Shown: in pieces, positions 59,024 to 64,000 of the stretch
Layout: each line of letters begins with the position of its first letter
Numbering within the stretch: the first letter of the stretch is position 1
NCBI GenBank assembly: GCA_965372795.1
Contig: CBDVDR010000001.1
Span: forward strand, 64,001-128,000
From: an uncultured bacterium
GTDB taxonomy: Bacteria > Zixibacteria > MSB-5A5 > GN15 > FEB-12
Reading direction: 5' to 3'
Length of the DNA: 64,000 nucleotides
Position numbers and translations under genes: made by a program
Notes under the pieces: model-generated
What the model saw: the letters and a program-made list of their open reading frames with translations, nothing else
Databases searched by the model: none
What the model was told of the DNA's origin: nothing

Positions 59024-60181
59024 TCAAAACTTGATAAAATCGGACTCTGAATCGGGTTCAGAAGTTTCTGATTCACTCTCTGATTCATGACCATCCGCCC
59101 ACCGATCGGAACTTCCTGTTATGCCTTTTAAGCGTAGATCAAAATCATCCGGGTTTGAGGCTTGAGTCATGGCTTCTTCAAATGAGATCATACCTTGTTT
59201 GTACAACTTCATTATTGATTGATCAAAGGTCTGCATACCATATTGAACCATGCCTTGTTCAATCAATTCAGGGATATCAACTGTTTTTTCCGGGTTAATT
59301 ATGCACTCGCGGATTGCTGCGGTATTTACCATAATCTCAAGGGCCGGAACACGACCGGGCATATCATTGCGGGAAAGCAACCTTTGACAAACGATAGCTT
59401 TGACGGTGCCTGCCAGAAGGAGACGAATTTGTTGATGTTGATGAGGAGGGAAAAATGAAATTATTCGAGTAATTGTTTCAACAACATTCATTGTGTGAAG
59501 GGTGGTCATAACCAGATGACCCGTATCCGCCGCCGTTAAAGCGATAGACATTGTTTCAATATCTCTAACCTCACCAATAAGGATAACATCAGGGTCCTGA
59601 CGAAATGCAGCTCTAAGAGCCATGGCAAATGTTTCGGTATCACCGCCAACTTCACGTTGAGAGATAATTGATTTTTTATCCCGATAGATATACTCAATAG
59701 GATCCTCAACGGTCAGAATATTCTCAGCCCTGGTTCCGTTGATTTCCTCGATTAGAGTTGCAAGCGTTGTGGATTTTCCAGAACCGGTAGTTCCGGTGAT
59801 AATAACCAGTCCGCGCCGTTCTAACGATAATTTCTTGATTGCTTCAGGAAGGTTCAAATCATCAAAGGTCGGCACGTTGGTATTGACCGCACGAATCGCA
59901 ATACCGGAAGTACCTCTTTGGCGATACAAATTAATTCTGAAACGACCCAGTTTTGCAACTGATAAAGCCAGATCCATTTCATTTTTTCTGTTGAAGCGTT
60001 CCAGCTGTTTTTCATTGAGAATTTGAGTGACAATTTTTTCGATACTTTCAATAGAAACCGGGTCGGTTGCTATCTGTTCAAGACGACCATTAACTCTCAG
60101 ATGCGGTCTGACACCGACTCTTATATGTAAATCAGAAGAATTCCGGTTCAACATTTCAACCAGCATCTGTTTTAAATTCAT
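59024..60181 (-). CDS. pilT: Type IV pilus retraction ATPase (PilT/PilU family)
   Basis: SDLHI, GTTGSGKST, EDPIEY, RQDPDVILIGEVRD, TGHLV, GMQTFDQ. Confidence 0.9.
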   Translation of the reverse strand: MNLKQMLVEMLNRNSSDLHIRVGVRPHLRVNGRLEQIATDPVSIESIEKIVTQILNEKQLERFNRKNEMDLALSVAKLGRFRINLYRQRGTSGIAIRAVNTNVPTFDDLNLPEAIKKLSLERRGLVIITGTTGSGKSTTLATLIEEINGTRAENILTVEDPIEYIYRDKKSIISQREVGGDTETFAMALRAAFRQDPDVILIGEVRDIETMSIALTAADTGHLVMTTLHTMNVVETITRIISFFPPHQHQQIRLLLAGTVKAIVCQRLLSRNDMPGRVPALEIMVNTAAIRECIINPEKTVDIPELIEQGMVQYGMQTFDQSIMKLYKQGMISFEEAMTQASNPDDFDLRLKGITGSSDRWADGHESESESETSEPDSESDFIKF

Positions 60182-60202
60182 GGAAGTCCCTTTCGAAAAA
60201 AA

Positions 60203-60691
60203 TTATTCCGGTTCGATCAAAAACATTGTCTGACCGAATTCAACCGGCTTACCGTTCTCTACTAATATTTCGGCAATTCTACCTGAAACTTCAGACTCTA
60301 TTTCATTCATCAATTTCATTGCCTCAACGATGCAAACGACTTGACCGACACGAATTTTTTCATTCAGTGAAACGTACAAATCGGCATCTGGAGCCGGTGA
60401 GGAATAAAATGTTCCCACCATAGGAGAAGTGACCGGGACAAGTTTGCTGGTATCTGCTTTAGGAGCAGCCTCAGCAGGAGCTGGCGCGGCAGTTGCATGA
60501 GACTCTGCAGATACTGCAGGTGCGGTATGTACAACCGGATTCATAACAACCGAAGTTGGATTTTGACCATTGCCGGTATTTACTCCACGATGAGTTATTT
60601 TAACGGTTCTTCCCCAGCTTTTAACTTCGAGAGATTCAATATTTGATTCTTCAACTAACTTAATAAGTTTTTTTAAATATTTCTCGTTCAT
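60203..60691 (-). CDS. accB: Biotin carboxyl carrier protein
   Basis: SPMVGTFY, EAMKLMNEI biotin-Lys, Ala/Pro linker. Confidence 0.96.
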   Translation of the reverse strand: MNEKYLKKLIKLVEESNIESLEVKSWGRTVKITHRGVNTGNGQNPTSVVMNPVVHTAPAVSAESHATAAPAPAEAAPKADTSKLVPVTSPMVGTFYSSPAPDADLYVSLNEKIRVGQVVCIVEAMKLMNEIESEVSGRIAEILVENGKPVEFGQTMFLIEPE

Positions 60692-60786
60692 CAAATTCCC
60701 CAATAATTATTGAAATTAATGGCAGGGATTTTCCTGCCATTATCATATGCATATAAAAATCTGCATAAAATTATATGTTAATCGCT

Positions 60787-61860
60787 TTACAGTTCCAACA
60801 ATTTTTTTGTCGACTTGTTAAGAACTTTTCCACCAGTTTTTGTCACCAGCACATCATCCTCGATCCTTACTCCGCCCCAGCCAGAGATATAAATCCCGGG
60901 CTCAACCGTTATCACATTGTTAGGCTTGAGCTTATCTTCGGAAATTGCACTTAAGCGAGGTCCGACATGGACATAATATCCGATTCCGTGACCTGTTCCG
61001 TGACCAAAATTACTGCCATATCCGGCTTTTGTAATAATTGAGCGACAGGCTTCATCAACTTTTTTTCCAAGAACTCCGGCTTTTATTTTACGAACTCCGG
61101 CTTTTTGAGCTTTTAATACAAGATTGTAGATTTTTTTCTGACGCGAGGTTGCCTTGCCGACGACAACCGTGCGGGTCATATCTGAGACATAACCATGAAC
61201 GGTTGCTCCGAAGTCGAATGTGATGAAATCACCTTTTTTTATTTTTTTACCGGATGCGATACCATGAGGTAAGGCTGAGCGGTAGCCGGATGCAACTATT
61301 GTTTCGAATGCAGGCTTCTCAGATCCAAGCATAATCATTTGATATTCAAGTTCAGCAGCTAAATCTTTTTCTCTTATACCCGGTTCTATCATGTTCAAAA
61401 TTCGTTCGTAGGCGATATCAGCAATATCAGCTGCTTTTGAAATAAATTTGATTTCTTCTTTATCTTTCACCCAGCCGAGTTCAGTAAAAATTGAAGCCGC
61501 TTTGACAAGTAATGCATCTGGCATTGATCCCTGTAGACGTTTTTTAGCCCCAACCGTTAGATAGTCTTCATTGAACCCATATTTCAGATTTTTAGTATTT
61601 TTTTGAGTAAAATCTTTAAGGGCAAGCATAGGATCAGCTTTAACAATAGAAACTTTGGCACCACTGACTTCTTTAGCAGCTTGATCTTTATATCTAAAAT
61701 CTGTTAAGAATTGTGACCCTTTACCAGATATCACAAGCAACCCGGCAGAACCTGTAAAACCGGTTAAATATCTGATATGATCGAGATGGTTGACAACTAC
61801 TCCATCAAGGTTTTCTTTTTTAAGAAGTTTTTTTATTTCACCAATTCTTTTAACCGACAT
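60787..61860 (-). CDS. Xaa-Pro peptidase (M24)
   Basis: RYLTGFTGS, DFGA...SDMTRT, HGTGHGIG, EPGIY, GVRIEDD. Confidence 0.93.
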   Translation of the reverse strand: MSVKRIGEIKKLLKKENLDGVVVNHLDHIRYLTGFTGSAGLLVISGKGSQFLTDFRYKDQAAKEVSGAKVSIVKADPMLALKDFTQKNTKNLKYGFNEDYLTVGAKKRLQGSMPDALLVKAASIFTELGWVKDKEEIKFISKAADIADIAYERILNMIEPGIREKDLAAELEYQMIMLGSEKPAFETIVASGYRSALPHGIASGKKIKKGDFITFDFGATVHGYVSDMTRTVVVGKATSRQKKIYNLVLKAQKAGVRKIKAGVLGKKVDEACRSIITKAGYGSNFGHGTGHGIGYYVHVGPRLSAISEDKLKPNNVITVEPGIYISGWGGVRIEDDVLVTKTGGKVLNKSTKKLLEL

Positions 61861-61863
61861 TTC

Positions 61864-62502
61864 TTAGTCCTTTATTAATTTTGCTTTAGCTTTATTCAAT
61901 TTTTCAATATAGCGGGGATTTTGATTTTTCGTATGCAAGTGCTGAAAAACTTCAATCGCCAATCTGTTATGCCCCTGGCTCAGATATAAATCACCCATCG
62001 TTTCCGTCAAAAAAGGGATATCTTTTAATTGCAGTTCAAAATTATCTGACAGGGTGGCTGTTTTGTTTTCATCTTTTCTTGTAAGTGTAATTGAATGGGT
62101 TGTCTCTTTTGTTTTATCCTTAATCATTGATTTTATACCGCAACATTTTTTATCAAGTTCCAAAATTCTCTGATAGTTCATTAAGGATGAGAACTCTTCC
62201 CCTTTGGTAAATTTAATATCTCCAAGATATTTCAGGGCAACAATATTTTCAGGGTCTCTTGAAATAATATTATAAAATTGTTCTTCGGCTGATTCCAATT
62301 GTCCGGCATGGAACAACGCCCGGGCATAAATGATTCTGGCTGAAAGAAGTTGAGGAAATTCCTCTATTTTATTCTGACATAGTTCAACGGCTTTGGAATA
62401 GAAACCATCATCAAGATGCTTGCCTGCAATTGCAACCCAATAACCTCGCGAGGCTAATGAATTGAGCGTGCTATTTTTTATTGTTTCTATTGGTTCAGTC
62501 AT
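61864..62502 (-). CDS. TPR protein
   Basis: TPR helices; C-terminal TETMGDLYLSQGH. Confidence 0.8.
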   Translation of the reverse strand: MTEPIETIKNSTLNSLASRGYWVAIAGKHLDDGFYSKAVELCQNKIEEFPQLLSARIIYARALFHAGQLESAEEQFYNIISRDPENIVALKYLGDIKFTKGEEFSSLMNYQRILELDKKCCGIKSMIKDKTKETTHSITLTRKDENKTATLSDNFELQLKDIPFLTETMGDLYLSQGHNRLAIEVFQHLHTKNQNPRYIEKLNKAKAKLIKD

Positions 62503-62567
62503 TTCATTAAATAATTAAAATAATCCTCAAAACGCAATCATCAAAAATTATTTGTTTCTCTTTTTTA

Positions 62568-63032
62568 CTAAATAAGTTTTATAATCTTAGTTGACGATTT
62601 ACCCCGAGTAAGCCTAATTCGTTTCACCCTACCGCCATTTTCTTTTACAAAATCGGCTCCGACTATTTCAGCTGTTTTATAATCAGCCCCTTTGGCTAAT
62701 ATATCGGGCTTGATCTCCTTGATAAGTTTCAAGGGTGTATCTTCACCAAACAATACCACATAGTCAACCGGTTTTATGGCTGATAGAATAATTGCCCGGT
62801 CATTCTGTTTTTGCAATGGTCGCTTTGGTCCTTTTAATCTCTTGACCGAAGCGTCACTATTTAAACCAACTATAAGAATATCACCGTATGATTTTGCCAG
62901 CGATAAATATTCAACATGACCACGGTGGATTATATCAAAGACTCCGTTGGTAAAGACGATTCGTTTTTTTTGCCTGCGAATCTTTGCTAATAGCTTTGGG
63001 AGTGAATTTCTTGGAATTTGTCGTTGAATCAT
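62568..63032 (-). CDS. rfaE2: D-glycero-beta-D-manno-heptose 1-phosphate adenylyltransferase
   Basis: FTNGVFDIIHRGH, GLNSDASV, KGADY, SSTKII. Confidence 0.95.
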   Translation of the reverse strand: MIQRQIPRNSLPKLLAKIRRQKKRIVFTNGVFDIIHRGHVEYLSLAKSYGDILIVGLNSDASVKRLKGPKRPLQKQNDRAIILSAIKPVDYVVLFGEDTPLKLIKEIKPDILAKGADYKTAEIVGADFVKENGGRVKRIRLTRGKSSTKIIKLI

Positions 63033-64000
63033 TTTTTCTCCTGATTATCATCAGTAGACATATTTCCAAGCGAAAAATTATACAAAAGGTCATCTTTTAA
63101 TTTCTGTGCGGTTACTGAGGCAGTGCCAACCTCGCCAACCGTTATTCCGGCTCCGGCATTGGCAACTACCGCCGATTCCACCAAACTGGCTCCGGCACAG
63201 GTTGCTGAAACAAAGGTAGCGATAACAGTATCACCGGCTCCGGTGACATCAAACACTTTCCTCGCAAAAGTAGGAATATGAGTCGGCGCGACACTATCCT
63301 GAAATAGTGACATACCATCGGAACCACGAGTAATTAAGATTGATTTTGCCTGAAGTTTTTTAAGTAACCCATTGCCCACTTCAAGCAGATCATTTTCTGT
63401 TACAATTCGTTTGCCGTAGGCAAATCCGGCTTCGTGATGATTGGGAGTTGTTAATGAAACTTTTTTGTAATTATGAAAATGGGTTTCTTTGGGATCGACG
63501 GCTACAAAGATATCCTTTTCAAGACAGGTTGAAATAACATTTTCAAGCAGAGTTTTTGTAATGACACCTTTACCATAATCAGAAATAATAACCGCTTTGA
63601 TATCGTCTACGATTGACATGAACAGACTTAGAACGCGCTTCTCAATCTTTTGATTTAATTCGTGCCGGTTTTCCCGATCAGCTCTGACAACCTGCTGTGA
63701 GTTGGCGATAATTCTTGTCTTAATTGTCGTTTGACGGCTTTCATCGTTTACCAGAAACTTGCTTGAGATATGTTTTGATTTCATCAATTGTGAAAGCTTG
63801 ATTGAAGCCTCATCAATACCAACCGTTCCCAGCAAAATAGGTTCATCACCTAAAGTGCTGATATTAGCGGCGACGTTGGCAGCCCCGCCCAACAATAGTC
63901 TGCTTTCCGATATCTCAACCACCGGCACAGGAGCTTCGGGGGAAATGCGATTCACTGAGCCAAAAAGGTACTCATCAAGCATTATATCGCCCAATATAAG
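63029..64000 (-). CDS. rfaE1: D-glycero-beta-D-manno-heptose 7-phosphate kinase (5' end beyond window)
   Basis: GDIMLD, RISPEAPVPV, SDYGKG, DVTGAGD. Confidence 0.95.
   Translation of the reverse strand, partial: LILGDIMLDEYLFGSVNRISPEAPVPVVEISESRLLLGGAANVAANISTLGDEPILLGTVGIDEASIKLSQLMKSKHISSKFLVNDESRQTTIKTRIIANSQQVVRADRENRHELNQKIEKRVLSLFMSIVDDIKAVIISDYGKGVITKTLLENVISTCLEKDIFVAVDPKETHFHNYKKVSLTTPNHHEAGFAYGKRIVTENDLLEVGNGLLKKLQAKSILITRGSDGMSLFQDSVAPTHIPTFARKVFDVTGAGDTVIATFVSATCAGASLVESAVVANAGAGITVGEVGTASVTAQKLKDDLLYNFSLGNMSTDDNQEKK

Overview
AT-rich bacterial chromosomal window. A Cys-bracketed dockerin-like lipoprotein and the gene repertoire suggest an FCB-type anaerobe such as candidate Zixibacteria (inference only). 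Housekeeping blocks: rpe-tkt-glk-thiN, queG, a StnABC/NfnABC-like electron-bifurcating transhydrogenase followed by rocD, a long minus-strand run of envelope genes (glycosyltransferases, accA, trm112, PTS IIA, mreC-mreD-mrdA-rodA), pyrR-pyrB-pyrC with a PyrR-binding RNA, and hldA-hldC-TPR-pepQ-accB-pilT-accC-gcvH-gcvPA-gcvPB. Most notable observations: (1) a hidden selenoprotein, a lipoprotein thioredoxin-TPR with in-frame UGA in a UxxC motif and a SECIS-like hairpin, inside the gcv operon; (2) a 2-kb integrase-less islet bounded by an 84-bp direct repeat of the tRNA-Gln 3' end, carrying a secreted six-Cys peptide and a CxxC thiol-disulfide oxidoreductase; (3) an ECF sigma / zinc anti-sigma / TPR-CHAT protease operon; (4) a REP-associated HUH transposase with co-oriented 44-bp hairpins punctuating unrelated accessory genes, plus further REP families; (5) a TPR gene with 11 repeats at an exact 102-bp period near a GC-richer umuDC; (6) an octaheme cytochrome c with an FNR-like box. 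All product calls come from motif recognition by eye; no database searches were run.
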